The notes below the pieces were generated by a model. That model made no database searches. It worked only from the letters and a program-made list of their open reading frames with translations, and was not told the DNA's origin. Both the position numbers and the translations under genes were made by a program. From an uncultured Acidobacteriota bacterium (GTDB lineage Bacteria; Acidobacteriota; Vicinamibacteria; Fen-336): a stretch of 64,000 bases of DNA. Numbering within the stretch: the stretch's first letter is position 1; each line of letters opens with the position of its first letter. Below are positions 9,231 through 19,044 of the stretch, in pieces. The stretch spans positions 1,122,746 through 1,186,745 of the forward strand of contig CAVPGH010000001.1 in NCBI GenBank assembly GCA_963703985.1. Direction: 5' to 3'.

Positions 9231-10505
9231 TCAGACCCCCGTCTTCATGTAGCGCTGGATCGCGCCCAGCGCGCGCTCCACCTCCGAGTGGAGGTTGTAG
9301 AAGTGCGGGGAGAAGCGGAGACCACCGCGGTCCGCGTAGGGGCGGGGCGCCCCCGCGATGCGGTCCTGCTCGTAGAGCGCAGCCGACAGCCTGGGAATGT
9401 CGAGGCTCCCCGGCTGGAATGAGACCACCGCCACCGACCGGCCGGCTTCCGGGTGGGTCCAGACCTTCACCCCGTCGATCTTTCGCAGGCCGGCGAGGAG
9501 CGCCTCGCTCAGCTCCCGCGCCCGCGCCTGGATGGCGGGTCTCCCCAAACGCGTCTGGAACCGCAAGGCCTCCCCGAATGCGATGAGGGCGGGCTCGTCG
9601 CGCTGGCCGAAGCTCTCGAACGTCCGGGAGAGGCCGATCGCCCCCGGATAGGCGCTCACGATGCTGGGCCATATCCGGGACTGGATGCTCTTGTTGACGT
9701 AGAGGACTCCGACCTCCTTGGGACCGCACGGCCACTTGTGCCCGCTGCCCGAATAGAAGTCGGGCTGCATGTCGGCGAGGTCCACGTCCAGGAGGCCCAC
9801 CGATTGCGCGCCGTCCACGAGAGTCAGGACGCCCCGATCGCGCGCGCGGCGGCAGAGCTCCTTCGCGGGCAGGAGGTCGCCCACCGTGCTCGTGAGGTGC
9901 GTGAAGCCCAGCACCTTCGTACGGTCCGACATCTGGCGGGTGAACGCGTCCAGGTAGTACTCGTCGCCGGGATGCGGATTCACCTGGTCGACGATCTTGA
10001 CGGTGTAGCCGAACCGCCGGGCCTTGACCTTCCAGGCTTCGAGGTTGCTCGGATGGTTGTCCGAGAAGAGGAGCACCTCGTCGCCCGGCTTCAGGTCGAG
10101 CCCGTTCGAGACCAGGTTGTTCGCCTCGCTCGTGTTGCGGGCGAGGATGATCTCCTCCGGGGTGACGCGCAGGAACTCGGCCAGGAGCCGGCGCGTGGCT
10201 TCCTTGCCTTCGCCCATCTTCACGCGATTGGGGAAGGAGGGGTCGCGGTCCATGTCCCGGGTCGCGGCCACCAGGGCCTCCACTACCGAGGCGGGGGCGG
10301 GGCAGAGGTTGGCCGCGTTCATCACCCCGAGGTCCGCGGGCATGAGGAACTGCTCCCGCACCGAGAGCCAGAAGGTCTCCTTCGCACCGGCGGGAGCGGA
10401 GGGAAGCTCCCGAGGCGGCACGCCGCCCTGGCTCCGGCGTGCGAGGAGAGCGGCCATTCCCGTGGCCCCCAGCCGACCCGCAAACTCCCGTCGGTTCAAG
10501 CTCAT
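9231..10505 (-). CDS. class V aminotransferase (cysteine-desulfurase / isopenicillin-N-epimerase-like), Tat-exported
   Basis: Twin-arginine signal MSLNRREFAGRLGATGMAALLA; PLP-fold motifs including SGSGHKW (PLP lysine). Confidence 0.75.
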   Translation of the reverse strand: MSLNRREFAGRLGATGMAALLARRSQGGVPPRELPSAPAGAKETFWLSVREQFLMPADLGVMNAANLCPAPASVVEALVAATRDMDRDPSFPNRVKMGEGKEATRRLLAEFLRVTPEEIILARNTSEANNLVSNGLDLKPGDEVLLFSDNHPSNLEAWKVKARRFGYTVKIVDQVNPHPGDEYYLDAFTRQMSDRTKVLGFTHLTSTVGDLLPAKELCRRARDRGVLTLVDGAQSVGLLDVDLADMQPDFYSGSGHKWPCGPKEVGVLYVNKSIQSRIWPSIVSAYPGAIGLSRTFESFGQRDEPALIAFGEALRFQTRLGRPAIQARARELSEALLAGLRKIDGVKVWTHPEAGRSVAVVSFQPGSLDIPRLSAALYEQDRIAGAPRPYADRGGLRFSPHFYNLHSEVERALGAIQRYMKTGV

Positions 10506-10562
10506 CGCATTCGACCCCCGGACGCGATTCTACCCACGCCGTCCCCTGCGCGCAGCCCTCGA

Positions 10563-11153
10563 CTAGCCCGCGAACAGCGGGATGGGATCGACGGCGGCGC
10601 CGCTCCAGCAGCCGCCTCCGGCGCGAAGGTGCACCGCGAAATGCAGGTGCGGAGCGTCGGTTGGAGCGTTGCCGGAGGTGCCCACGTAACCGAGCACCTG
10701 GCCGCGGGTCACGACGGCCGCGTCGGCCAGGCCGGGCGCATACCTCTCGAGGTGCGCATAGACGAGACAGTAGCGACCGGAAGCCTCGTCCTGCTCGACG
10801 GTGAGACCCGCCCCCGCGTGGTTCGCCAGACGCACCGGACCGTCCGCGGCTGCGCGCACGGGGGTGCCCCGGGGGGCCGTGATGTCCACGGCCTCATGTC
10901 GTCGGAGGCCTCGCGCGGCCAGGAAACCCTGGCCGACCGCGTCGGGCGCGAGGCCGACGACAGGAAAAAGAAATGCCGGCCTCGGAACCGAATGCGACAC
11001 ACCTTCATCAAGGCCTACCCGCTCCGGCTCGCGGTGCTTCTCCATGACCAGTGCGAGCACCATCAGGCCCAGCCCCCACAGAGCACCCGCGGCCATGCCG
11101 GTGCGCACGATGCCGGGCACCGTGTGCAGGTCGAACGCCCCCCGTCTTCCCAC
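10563..11153 (-). CDS. M23 family metallopeptidase, membrane-anchored
   Basis: TM segment MAAGALWGLGLMVLALVM; M23 motifs HEAVDI...G.VL..G..G..G.HLHF (HLHFAVHL). Confidence 0.65.
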   Translation of the reverse strand: MGRRGAFDLHTVPGIVRTGMAAGALWGLGLMVLALVMEKHREPERVGLDEGVSHSVPRPAFLFPVVGLAPDAVGQGFLAARGLRRHEAVDITAPRGTPVRAAADGPVRLANHAGAGLTVEQDEASGRYCLVYAHLERYAPGLADAAVVTRGQVLGYVGTSGNAPTDAPHLHFAVHLRAGGGCWSGAAVDPIPLFAG

Positions 11154-11194
11154 TCCGAAGAGGATAGCCGGAATAGAATGCGGACCTTCCTTCC

Positions 11195-12568
11195 ATGAGC
11201 GCCCAGGATCCCCGCGCCCTTTCCCTCAACGCGCTCGGTGCCGGCCTGCGCCGGGGCTCGCTGTCGAGCGAGGCGGTGACGCGTGCCTTTCTCGACCGAA
11301 TCGACGCGGTCAACCCGAAGCTGAACGCGGTCGTCCAGCTCCGCCGCGAGGGGGCACTCGAGGAAGCGCGCGCAGCCGACCGGGTGCCGCCGGGAGATCG
11401 TGGGCCGCTCCACGGCCTGCCCGTGACGATCAAGGACTCGCTCGACACCGCGGGCATCGTGACGACCGGCGGCACGAAAGGGCGGACCGCGTTCGTGCCG
11501 CGCGGGGACGCCACCGTGGTCGCGCGCCTGCGGGCCGCGGGCGCGATCGTCATGGGCAAGACCAACACCCCCGACCTGACCCTCGGGTACGAGACGGACA
11601 ACCTCGTCTACGGCCGGACGAACAACCCGTTCGACCCGGAACGAACCTCCGGGGGATCGAGCGGAGGGGCGGCCGCGATCGTGGCGGCCGGGGGTTCGCC
11701 GCTCGACATCGGGAGCGACACCGGGGGCAGCATCCGCCTGCCCGCGCACTTCTGCGGCATCGCCGGGCTCAAGCCGACCGCGGGCCGCGTCCCGCGCACG
11801 GGGCACATCATCGACTACCACGGCGCGTCCCAGTTCCTCACCCACATCGGCCCGCTCGCGCGGAGCGTCGAGGATCTCGCCCTGGTGCTGGGCGTGATCG
11901 CCGGGCCCGACGGGGTGGACCCCCACGTCGCGCCCGTACCCCTCCGCGACCCCGCGGCGGTGGCGGTGGCCGGGCTCCGCGTCGCCCACTTCACGAAGCT
12001 GGCGCCCCTCGCGCCGACGGAGGAGACGGCCAGCGCGGTCGCGAACGCGGTCGCCATCCTGGATCGCGGGGGCTGCCGGACGCGCGCCCTCGAGGCGATC
12101 CCGGACTCCGAGCGGATCTACGAGAAGTACATGGCCGTGCTCTACGGCGACGGGGGAGCCGCGGTTTCCCGCCTGCTCGACCGATGGGGGAGCGCCGAGT
12201 CGCCGCTGCGGGAACGACTCGCCCGGGCAACCAGGCTGCCGAGCGCCGAGCTGACGGCGCTCTACGAATGGATCGACGAATGGCGAACGCAGATGCTCAC
12301 ACTCGTCGCCGATCACGACGCGATCGTGTGCCCGGTCAACGCCGGCCCTGCCCCGCCGCACGGGACCTTCGACCGCGCGTCCGCAGCCTACACGCAGCTC
12401 TTCAACGTCACCGGGTGGCCGAGCACGGTGATTCGCGCCGGGACCTCGAAGGAAGGGCTACCCCTCGGCGTGCAGGTGGTGGCGCATCCCTGGCGCGAGG
12501 ACGTGTCGCTCGCGCTCGCCCGCCACCTCGAGCAGGCCCTGGGCCCGCTCCCCGGGCCTCCCCTCTAG
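11195..12568 (+). CDS. amidase (amidase-signature family)
   Basis: GGSSGGAAAIVAAGGSPLDIGSDTGGSIRLPA amidase signature; 457 aa. Confidence 0.85.
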   Translation: MSAQDPRALSLNALGAGLRRGSLSSEAVTRAFLDRIDAVNPKLNAVVQLRREGALEEARAADRVPPGDRGPLHGLPVTIKDSLDTAGIVTTGGTKGRTAFVPRGDATVVARLRAAGAIVMGKTNTPDLTLGYETDNLVYGRTNNPFDPERTSGGSSGGAAAIVAAGGSPLDIGSDTGGSIRLPAHFCGIAGLKPTAGRVPRTGHIIDYHGASQFLTHIGPLARSVEDLALVLGVIAGPDGVDPHVAPVPLRDPAAVAVAGLRVAHFTKLAPLAPTEETASAVANAVAILDRGGCRTRALEAIPDSERIYEKYMAVLYGDGGAAVSRLLDRWGSAESPLRERLARATRLPSAELTALYEWIDEWRTQMLTLVADHDAIVCPVNAGPAPPHGTFDRASAAYTQLFNVTGWPSTVIRAGTSKEGLPLGVQVVAHPWREDVSLALARHLEQALGPLPGPPL

Positions 12569-12594
12569 CGGATCGCCCAGAGCGAGCTTCGGGC

Positions 12595-13842
12595 TCACGG
12601 CTCGGAGAGCGCCGCGTCGATCGGAAAGGTCTCTCCCGACCAGGCGCGCTTTGCGGTCCAGGGCTCGGGCGGCGCGGACCAGAACGGATCGGCGGCGGGG
12701 AGGCCGAGCGGCAGGAGGCCCACCGCGCAGAGGTAGAGGCTGCCCGTGGAGATGTAGCGCTCGCCGATGCCGGGCTGGTGTCCGCAGAAGCCGATGCGGA
12801 GCCAGCCCTGGGCGTCGAACGTGCCGGGAGCCTCGATCGACCGCCGGATCATCGCGGTGAGCGCGCCGCGCACCTGCGACGGCGCCACCCCCGCGGGCAG
12901 GTCGCGCCGGAGCGCCATCTGGGCGAGAAGCTGGAAGGCCCCGAAGCGATAGGCGATCGAGCGGCCGATCGCGGGGAACGTCCCCTCGGGCGAGACGAGC
13001 CGCTCCTGCAGGGCCGCGTGGCGGCGGGCCCGCGCCACCGCGGGGGCCTTCATGGCCTGCCACGCGGGGGACCGGGGGCCGCACACCTCGAGCACATCGA
13101 GCAGCATCGGCTGGATCACGAAGCTGTTGTAGTAGTCCCAGTGGAACTCCGGCCCGTCCCCGTACACGCCGTCGCCCTTGTACCACTGCGCGTGCTGGCG
13201 CAGCGCGTAGTCGACCCGTGTCGTGTCCCACCCCGCGTCCAGGCGCGCGAGCCCCGCTTCCACCATGGCCGTGAAGAGCAGCCAGTTGCTGAAAGCGGGC
13301 TGGATGACCCGCGTCGACTCCAGGGCCCGGACGAGGTCGCTCTTCGTCCGGGGAGGGAGGGACTCGAGGAGCACCTGGGGGGCGCGCAGCAAGCCGTGGG
13401 CGAGGAAGGCCGCGTCCACGAGGGGCTGGCGCTCGCGCGTGAAGTTCAGGAAGTCGGGAGAGCCGGGATCGACCGCGCTCCCGATCGCGCGCCGGGCCAG
13501 GTCCGCGTACTTCGCGCGCAGCGCGCCCTCGGGGCTCCCGTCGTCGCCGAGCTCCAGCCAGGGCGCGATGCCCGCGACCAGCCGGCCGAGCGCCTCGAGA
13601 TGCGTGACCGAAGCCCGGCCCGCGCCCGCCGCTTCTTCAACCGGCATTCGGGCCTTGAGCGTTCCGTTCGCGAGGTTCGTCAGGACCGGATCGGCGAGAC
13701 GCCGGGCCACTCCCACCCAGTACCCGCGGTCGGCGGCGCCGGTCGGGCTGGTCTCGGCGCGCGCCGGTGCGCCGCCGGCCGCGCCCAGGACGACACGCGC
13801 GGCCGTCCCCAGGAAATCCCGCCGGCCCGACGGCCCGCTCAT
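12595..13842 (-). CDS. DUF2264-family protein, Tat signal
   Basis: MSGPSGRRDFLGTAARVVLGAAGGAPARA Tat motif; DUF2264-like central region (HWDYYNSFVIQPML); 4-nt overlap (ATGA) with the downstream isomerase gene. Confidence 0.55.
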   Translation of the reverse strand: MSGPSGRRDFLGTAARVVLGAAGGAPARAETSPTGAADRGYWVGVARRLADPVLTNLANGTLKARMPVEEAAGAGRASVTHLEALGRLVAGIAPWLELGDDGSPEGALRAKYADLARRAIGSAVDPGSPDFLNFTRERQPLVDAAFLAHGLLRAPQVLLESLPPRTKSDLVRALESTRVIQPAFSNWLLFTAMVEAGLARLDAGWDTTRVDYALRQHAQWYKGDGVYGDGPEFHWDYYNSFVIQPMLLDVLEVCGPRSPAWQAMKAPAVARARRHAALQERLVSPEGTFPAIGRSIAYRFGAFQLLAQMALRRDLPAGVAPSQVRGALTAMIRRSIEAPGTFDAQGWLRIGFCGHQPGIGERYISTGSLYLCAVGLLPLGLPAADPFWSAPPEPWTAKRAWSGETFPIDAALSEP

Positions 13843-14684
13843 CGCCCGAAGGCTCCCCTGAGGAACGCGATCGTCCGCGGGGCTTCCAGCGCAAAGTCGG
13901 CCGACCGCGCCTCGACGCTCATCCGCCCCTTGTAGCCGATCTTGCGGAGGCTGTCGAAGAAGCCCGCGTAGTCGAACTCCTCCCCGCGCAGCGGGAAGAC
14001 CCGTCCCGTGGGGTTGGCCATGTGCACGTGCCGCACGTGCGGTCCCGCCTTCACCACGACCCTCGGGTCTTCCTTCACCTCGGCCAGGTGGTAGAAGTCG
14101 ACGGTGAGCTGGATGGCGGGATCGTCGACCGTGCGCACGAGGTCGAGACCCCCCGCCACCGAGTTGACGATGTTGCTCTCCTCCGGGCGCTGGGGCTCGA
14201 TGGCGATCGTGATCCCGCGGCTCTTCGCCTCCGGGGCGAGCCGCCGGCAGAAGCCGACGAACTGGTCGAGCCCCTTCTCCTTCGAGAATCCCTCGGGGAC
14301 GCGGCGGGCGGTGCCGCTGCCCAGGACCACGGTCTGGGCCCCCAGTCGGGCGACCCGCGTGAGGGCCTTCTTCACGTAGGCCATCTGCGCGGCCTCGTCG
14401 ACGGCGGGGCCCGTGAGCTTGAGGTCGGGAGGGATGAACAGGAACGTCACGGGGACCGGCGGCCCGTCGCGCTTCAGACCTTCCGCCAGCATCTCGAAAT
14501 CGGCGTCAGAGAGCGCGGCCACTTCCGACGTGCGCAGCTCGACGTAGTCGAAGCCGGCGGCCCGCACCGCATCGATCTCCTTGAGGGTGGAGCAGTAGCC
14601 GATGGGAATGGTCTCCCTCTCGCCCCCTCGTCCCGCGGCCGCAAGCAGGAGCAGGGGCCAGAGAGAGAGCCACGGGCGCTTCAT
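13839..14684 (-). CDS. sugar phosphate isomerase/epimerase (xylose-isomerase-like TIM barrel), secreted
   Basis: True start MKRPWLSLWPLLLLAAAGRG at 14684 (the ORF-track start 15032 is too far upstream); TIM-barrel motifs GFDYVEL...ITIAIEP...HVHMANP. Confidence 0.65.
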   Translation of the reverse strand: MKRPWLSLWPLLLLAAAGRGGERETIPIGYCSTLKEIDAVRAAGFDYVELRTSEVAALSDADFEMLAEGLKRDGPPVPVTFLFIPPDLKLTGPAVDEAAQMAYVKKALTRVARLGAQTVVLGSGTARRVPEGFSKEKGLDQFVGFCRRLAPEAKSRGITIAIEPQRPEESNIVNSVAGGLDLVRTVDDPAIQLTVDFYHLAEVKEDPRVVVKAGPHVRHVHMANPTGRVFPLRGEEFDYAGFFDSLRKIGYKGRMSVEARSADFALEAPRTIAFLRGAFGR

Positions 14685-14841
14685 GGATGGGCGCACGCTA
14701 GTTCGGTTGGGGGCGGCGGTCAAGACCTCGGGCGCTTGTATGCTTCGCCGGGCCCGTCGCCTGGCGTCACGGCCGAATCGCGGGCCGAAGTTGCCTTGAA
14801 TCGCCCTCTCTGCCAAGCTCTCCGCCGCCAAGGAGGGCTCG

Positions 14842-16263
14842 ATGGCGGCACGGCGCGAGTTCATCAAGACGACGGTCCTGGGAGCGGCGGCGGTGGGCCT
14901 GGGGACGACCGCGCGCGGGCAGACCCGCGTCCTGGGCGCGAACGACCGGGTGGTCCTCGCCTCGATCGGCATCCGCGGGCAGGGCAACGCGCTGAAGCGC
15001 GGGTTCGCCCGCCTCAAGGGGGTCGAGATCAAGACGCTGTGCGACGTCGACGAGAACCTGTTCGCGGAGCGCGCGAACGACCCGAAGCTCGCCGACGTCC
15101 CGACCTTCCGGCCCCGCTACGAGAAGGACCTGCGCCGGGTCTTCGACGACAAGGACGTGGACGCGGTGATGATCGCCACCCCCAACCACTGGCACGCGCT
15201 CGCCTCGATCTGGGCGATGCAGGCGGGCAAGCACGTGTTCGTGGAGAAGCCAGCCTCCCACACGGTCTGGGAAGGCCGCCAGATGACGGACGCGGCGCGG
15301 AAGTACAAGAAGATCGTCCAGGTGGGGACGATGAACCGCAGCCGGCCCGCGGTGCAGACCGCGATCAAGTTCATGCACGACGGAGGGCTCGGCAAGCTCT
15401 ACATGGCCCGCGGCCTGTGCTTCAAGGTGCGACCCTCGATCGGGAAGTACCCCGACGGGCCGCTCGCCCCCGGGGAGAAGTACCGGCTGAACGTCGAGGC
15501 CAAGGACTACGAGCCCACGTGGGACGCGGCCTACCTGGCCAAGGTCGACTACGACCTCTGGCAGGGCCCCGCGCCCGCCCGCCCGTTCAACCGGAACCGC
15601 TTCCACTACAACTGGCACTGGCACTGGGACACCGGCAACGGCGACACCGGCAACCAGGGCCCGCACCAGTTCGACATCGCGCGCTGGGGCCTCGGGATCG
15701 GCGTGCACCCCGTGCGGATCAGCTCCACCGGCGGCCTCTACGAGACCGGGGAGAGCTCGCAGGAGACCCCCAACGTCCACACCTCGCTCTTCGAGTACGA
15801 GGACGGCCGCGTGATCGAGTTCGCCACCCGCGGCACGATCACGAACGCGGAGGGCGGGCAGCGCATCGGCAACCTCTTCTACGGGACCGGGGGCTGGCTC
15901 TTCATCGACGGCGACGGCCGCGAGTGGCAGAGCTACCTGGGACGGAAGGAGGAGAAGGGCCCCGGCTCCGGCCCCGCGCCCGCCCAGGGTGGGGGCGACC
16001 CCAACGTCCTCACCAGCATCGAGTACCCGCACTACCAGAACTTCGTCGACGCTCTACGGGCGGGAGACCCCAAGAAGCTCAACTGCGAGATCGAGGAGGG
16101 GCATCTCTCGTCGACCCTGCCCCACCTCGCCAACATCGCCTACCGCCTGAAGCGCACCGTGCGCTTCGACCCCAAGACGGAGACGATCCCGGGCGACGCG
16201 GAGGCGAACCGGCTGCTCACCCGGGAGTACCGCGACCCGTACCGGGTGCCCGAAAGGCTCTGA
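14842..16263 (+). CDS. Gfo/Idh/MocA family oxidoreductase, Tat-exported
   Basis: MAARREFIKTTVLGAAAVGLGTTARGQ Tat signal; Rossmann VLASIGIRGQGN; AAGGAG RBS. Confidence 0.85.
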   Translation: MAARREFIKTTVLGAAAVGLGTTARGQTRVLGANDRVVLASIGIRGQGNALKRGFARLKGVEIKTLCDVDENLFAERANDPKLADVPTFRPRYEKDLRRVFDDKDVDAVMIATPNHWHALASIWAMQAGKHVFVEKPASHTVWEGRQMTDAARKYKKIVQVGTMNRSRPAVQTAIKFMHDGGLGKLYMARGLCFKVRPSIGKYPDGPLAPGEKYRLNVEAKDYEPTWDAAYLAKVDYDLWQGPAPARPFNRNRFHYNWHWHWDTGNGDTGNQGPHQFDIARWGLGIGVHPVRISSTGGLYETGESSQETPNVHTSLFEYEDGRVIEFATRGTITNAEGGQRIGNLFYGTGGWLFIDGDGREWQSYLGRKEEKGPGSGPAPAQGGGDPNVLTSIEYPHYQNFVDALRAGDPKKLNCEIEEGHLSSTLPHLANIAYRLKRTVRFDPKTETIPGDAEANRLLTREYRDPYRVPERL

Positions 16264-16264
16264 G

Positions 16265-17305
16265 GTGACCCGGCCGGGATGGGGTGTGCTCGCCACGCTC
16301 CTCGTCGCGCTCCCGGGCGCGGGCGGAGAACCGGCGATACAGGTCGTCGGCCGGGAGCGCGACCGGCGTGTCGACGTCCTCGTGGACGGGCAGCCCTTCA
16401 CGTCCTACATCTGGCCGGAGTCGCTGACCAAGCCCGTGCTCTATCCCCTCCGCACCGCGAAGGGGACGCTCGTCACGCGCGGCTTTCCCCTCGACCCGCG
16501 CCCCGGCGAGCGGACGGACCATCCCCACCACGTCGGGCTGTGGTTCAGCTACGGGGACGTGAACGGCGTCGACTTCTGGAACAACTCCTCGGCCCTGCCT
16601 CCCGAGCGCCAGGGGAAGATGGGCCGCGGCCGTCAGGTGCGCGTCGTCTCCGCGCAGAGCGGCGACCAGGAGGGCCGCCTGCGCGTCCTCGTCGAGTGGG
16701 TGATGCCGGACGGGACGGTGGCCCTGGAGGAAGACGCGACCTTCGTCTTCCGGAAGACGCCGGGCGGTCTCCTCGTGGACCGGATCACGACCCTCACCGC
16801 CCGCGAGAAGGCGGTGGAGTTCGCCGACAACAAGGAAGGAGTGCTCGGCCTGCGCGTGGCCCGCGCCCTCGAGCAGCCCTCGAACGAGCCGGCCACGTTC
16901 ACCGACGCCGCCGGCCAGCCCACGACCGTGGCCAAGCTCGACAACACCGGCGTGACCGGCCTCTACCACAGCAGCGAGGGCAAGGAAGGCGACGCGGTGT
17001 GGGGGACCCGGGGGCGGTGGTGCGCGCTGTCCGGCCGTCTCGGCACCGAGGACGTGACGCTCGCCATCCTCGATCATCCGGAGAATCCCGGGGCCCCCAC
17101 GTATTGGCACGCCCGGGGCTACGGGCTCTTCGCCGCGAATCCCCTCGGCCAGAAGGCGTTCTCGGACGGCAAGGAGACGCTCGACTTCACGCTCGCTCCG
17201 AAGGCCTCGGCCACGTTCCGCTATCGCCTGGCCATCCTGTCCCGTCCCTTCGTGGCGTCCGAGGTCGACGCGCTGGCCCGGAGCTTCGCGACCAAGACGC
17301 GCTGA
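16265..17305 (+). CDS. PmoA-family (DUF6807) protein
   Basis: GTG start 2 nt after the Gfo stop; conserved YIWPESLTKPVLYPLRTAKGTLVTRGFPLDP..DHPHH.GLWFSYGDVNG pattern of the PmoA-like family that commonly partners Gfo/Idh/MocA oxidoreductases. Confidence 0.55.
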   Translation: MTRPGWGVLATLLVALPGAGGEPAIQVVGRERDRRVDVLVDGQPFTSYIWPESLTKPVLYPLRTAKGTLVTRGFPLDPRPGERTDHPHHVGLWFSYGDVNGVDFWNNSSALPPERQGKMGRGRQVRVVSAQSGDQEGRLRVLVEWVMPDGTVALEEDATFVFRKTPGGLLVDRITTLTAREKAVEFADNKEGVLGLRVARALEQPSNEPATFTDAAGQPTTVAKLDNTGVTGLYHSSEGKEGDAVWGTRGRWCALSGRLGTEDVTLAILDHPENPGAPTYWHARGYGLFAANPLGQKAFSDGKETLDFTLAPKASATFRYRLAILSRPFVASEVDALARSFATKTR

Positions 17306-17309
17306 GCTC

Positions 17310-17341
17310 GGGCCGGCGCCGGGTGTATCCTGACGCCGGCC
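17310..17341 (+). terminator. GC-rich hairpin after the PmoA-family gene (possible terminator/attenuator)
   Basis: GGCCGGCG (17311-17318) pairs with CGCCGGCC (17334-17341); large 15-nt loop; no clear U-tract; the next gene starts at 17342. Confidence 0.25.
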
Positions 17342-18493
17342 TTGACCCTTCATCTCTCCGTTCTCGCGCTCCTGGTCGCCGGTCTCGCCCCGCCGTCTTC
17401 CCTCTCCGCAGCGACGCGCGACGGCCCGATCTTCCGGACCGCGTCCGTGAACGGCGCGCGATCGGAGGAAGTCTTCCGCCGCACCCGCCGCATGCTCCAC
17501 GCCTGGCTGGCCTACGCGGACGCGCGGACGCTCCTGCTCCCCGACGTCCTCCCCGGCTTCAAGCGCGGACCGCAGGGCCTGGGCATCTACCGGCCCCACA
17601 ACTCCGGCGCCGACAACTATCCCTACCTCGTCGCGACATCCTTCTTCACGGACCGCGCGCTCTTCGAGGGCCGGATGCGCGAGATGCTGCGCAACGAGAT
17701 CCTCTACACGAACGCGCTCGACCAGATCCCGGCCGACCTCGACCTGCCCCGCGCGAAGCTCGGCCCCCCCAGCCTCTTCGGGGCCGCGGAGTACGCGAAA
17801 GACGGGCTCCTCGCCGTCACCGAGCTGCTCGGCCGGAGCCCCTGGTTCTATCGCATGGCGGACATGACGGCCTCGCTCATGGAGCACGCGCCGGTCAAGA
17901 GCGCCTTCGGAAACCTGCCCGACCCGGGAGCGGAGCTGAACGGCGACGTGCTGCAAACCCTGGTGCGCCTCGCCCCCATGACCGGGGACCGCCGGTTCCT
18001 GGAATGGGCGGAGCGGGTCGGCGATGCCTATGTTCAGGAAGTCCTGCCCCGCAACCACGGCCTTCCCGGGTACACCTGGGACTTCGAGAAGCACGAAGGA
18101 CCCGACCGCATGCGCCTGCGCGACCACGGCAACGAGATCGTGGTGGGCCTGGTGCTCCTGCACGCGCTGGAGACCGACCGCGGGGGAGCGCGCGCGACCT
18201 CCTACACCGAGCCGCTCGCCCGCATGCTGGACCGCATCCTCGCTTCCGCCAACCCCGACGGCCTTCTCTTCGACGACATCCGGGCCTCCGACCTCGTGCC
18301 CCGGGAGACGAGCCTCTCCGACAACTGGGGCTACGTCTACGGTGCGATCTACACGTTCCACATGGTCACCGGCGATCCCCGTTACCGCGAGGCGGTCCTG
18401 AAGGTGCTGCGTAACCTGCCCCGCTATCGTGGGTACGACTGGGAAAGGGGGAGCCAGGATGGCTACGCCGACTCCATCGAGAGCGCGCTCTAA
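17342..18493 (+). CDS. hypothetical secreted protein (N-terminal part of a gene apparently split by an in-frame TAA)
   Basis: TTG/ATG start with signal peptide MTLHLSVLALLVAGLAPPSSLSAAT; ends TAA at 18491-18493; the next ORF is in the same frame 3 nt later. Confidence 0.45.
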   Translation: MTLHLSVLALLVAGLAPPSSLSAATRDGPIFRTASVNGARSEEVFRRTRRMLHAWLAYADARTLLLPDVLPGFKRGPQGLGIYRPHNSGADNYPYLVATSFFTDRALFEGRMREMLRNEILYTNALDQIPADLDLPRAKLGPPSLFGAAEYAKDGLLAVTELLGRSPWFYRMADMTASLMEHAPVKSAFGNLPDPGAELNGDVLQTLVRLAPMTGDRRFLEWAERVGDAYVQEVLPRNHGLPGYTWDFEKHEGPDRMRLRDHGNEIVVGLVLLHALETDRGGARATSYTEPLARMLDRILASANPDGLLFDDIRASDLVPRETSLSDNWGYVYGAIYTFHMVTGDPRYREAVLKVLRNLPRYRGYDWERGSQDGYADSIESAL

Positions 18494-18496
18494 CTC

Positions 18497-18979
18497 GTGG
18501 CCCGCGAGCCGGTCCCGGAAGCGCTCGACTGGATCGAGAGCGAGGTGAAGACGCTCATCGCCTTCCAGCAGCCGGACGGGACGATCGAGCGCTGGTACGG
18601 GGACGGAAACTGGGCGCGGACGCTGCTGCTCTACGCGATGATGAAGACGCAGGGCTGCTACCTAGAGAACTGGCAGGAAGGCGTGAAGCTCGGGGCCGTC
18701 CGCGACGGCGAGCGGCTCCTCGTCTCCCTGGAAGGGCCGCCCGGGTTCAAGGGGAAGCTCCACTTCGACTACGCCCGCCACCGACGCTCCTTGAACTTCG
18801 CCCGCAACTACGTCCGCCTCAACGAGTGGCCGGAGTGGTTCGCAGTCGACGAGACGACGCTCTACCGCGTGGTGGACGGCCGTGGGCGCGAGGAGATCCG
18901 GCTCGGGTCCGAGCTCGTGGAGGGGATCTCCGTCTCCGCCCCCGCCCGTCTCGTGGTCGACAAAGCCGACCTCAAGTAG
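18497..18979 (+). CDS. in-frame continuation ORF (QxxDGxW-like repeat; alpha/alpha-toroid-like?)
   Basis: Starts GTG 3 nt after the TAA, same reading frame as 17342-18493; IAFQQPDGTIERWYGDGNWARTLLLYAMM; probably the C-terminal part of the same protein. Confidence 0.35.
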   Translation: MAREPVPEALDWIESEVKTLIAFQQPDGTIERWYGDGNWARTLLLYAMMKTQGCYLENWQEGVKLGAVRDGERLLVSLEGPPGFKGKLHFDYARHRRSLNFARNYVRLNEWPEWFAVDETTLYRVVDGRGREEIRLGSELVEGISVSAPARLVVDKADLK

Positions 18980-19044
18980 TCTCTCAAGCGACTCCGTCCG
19001 GACGGAGTCGGGTGGTAGCATCCGCGCCACGAACCGGAGGGAGC

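Noticed and set aside
10801-13935. 1044-aa + strand ORF
   Set aside because: Overlaps the amidase (same strand, other frame) and is antisense to the DUF2264 gene; composition is poly-Arg/Gly/Pro with no domain signal.
13767-16268. 833-aa + ORF and 14767-16032 minus ORF
   Set aside because: Shadow frames of the isomerase and Gfo/Idh/MocA genes.
16217-18414. 714-aa minus ORF and 711-aa + ORF
   Set aside because: Shadow frames of the PmoA-family and secreted-protein genes.
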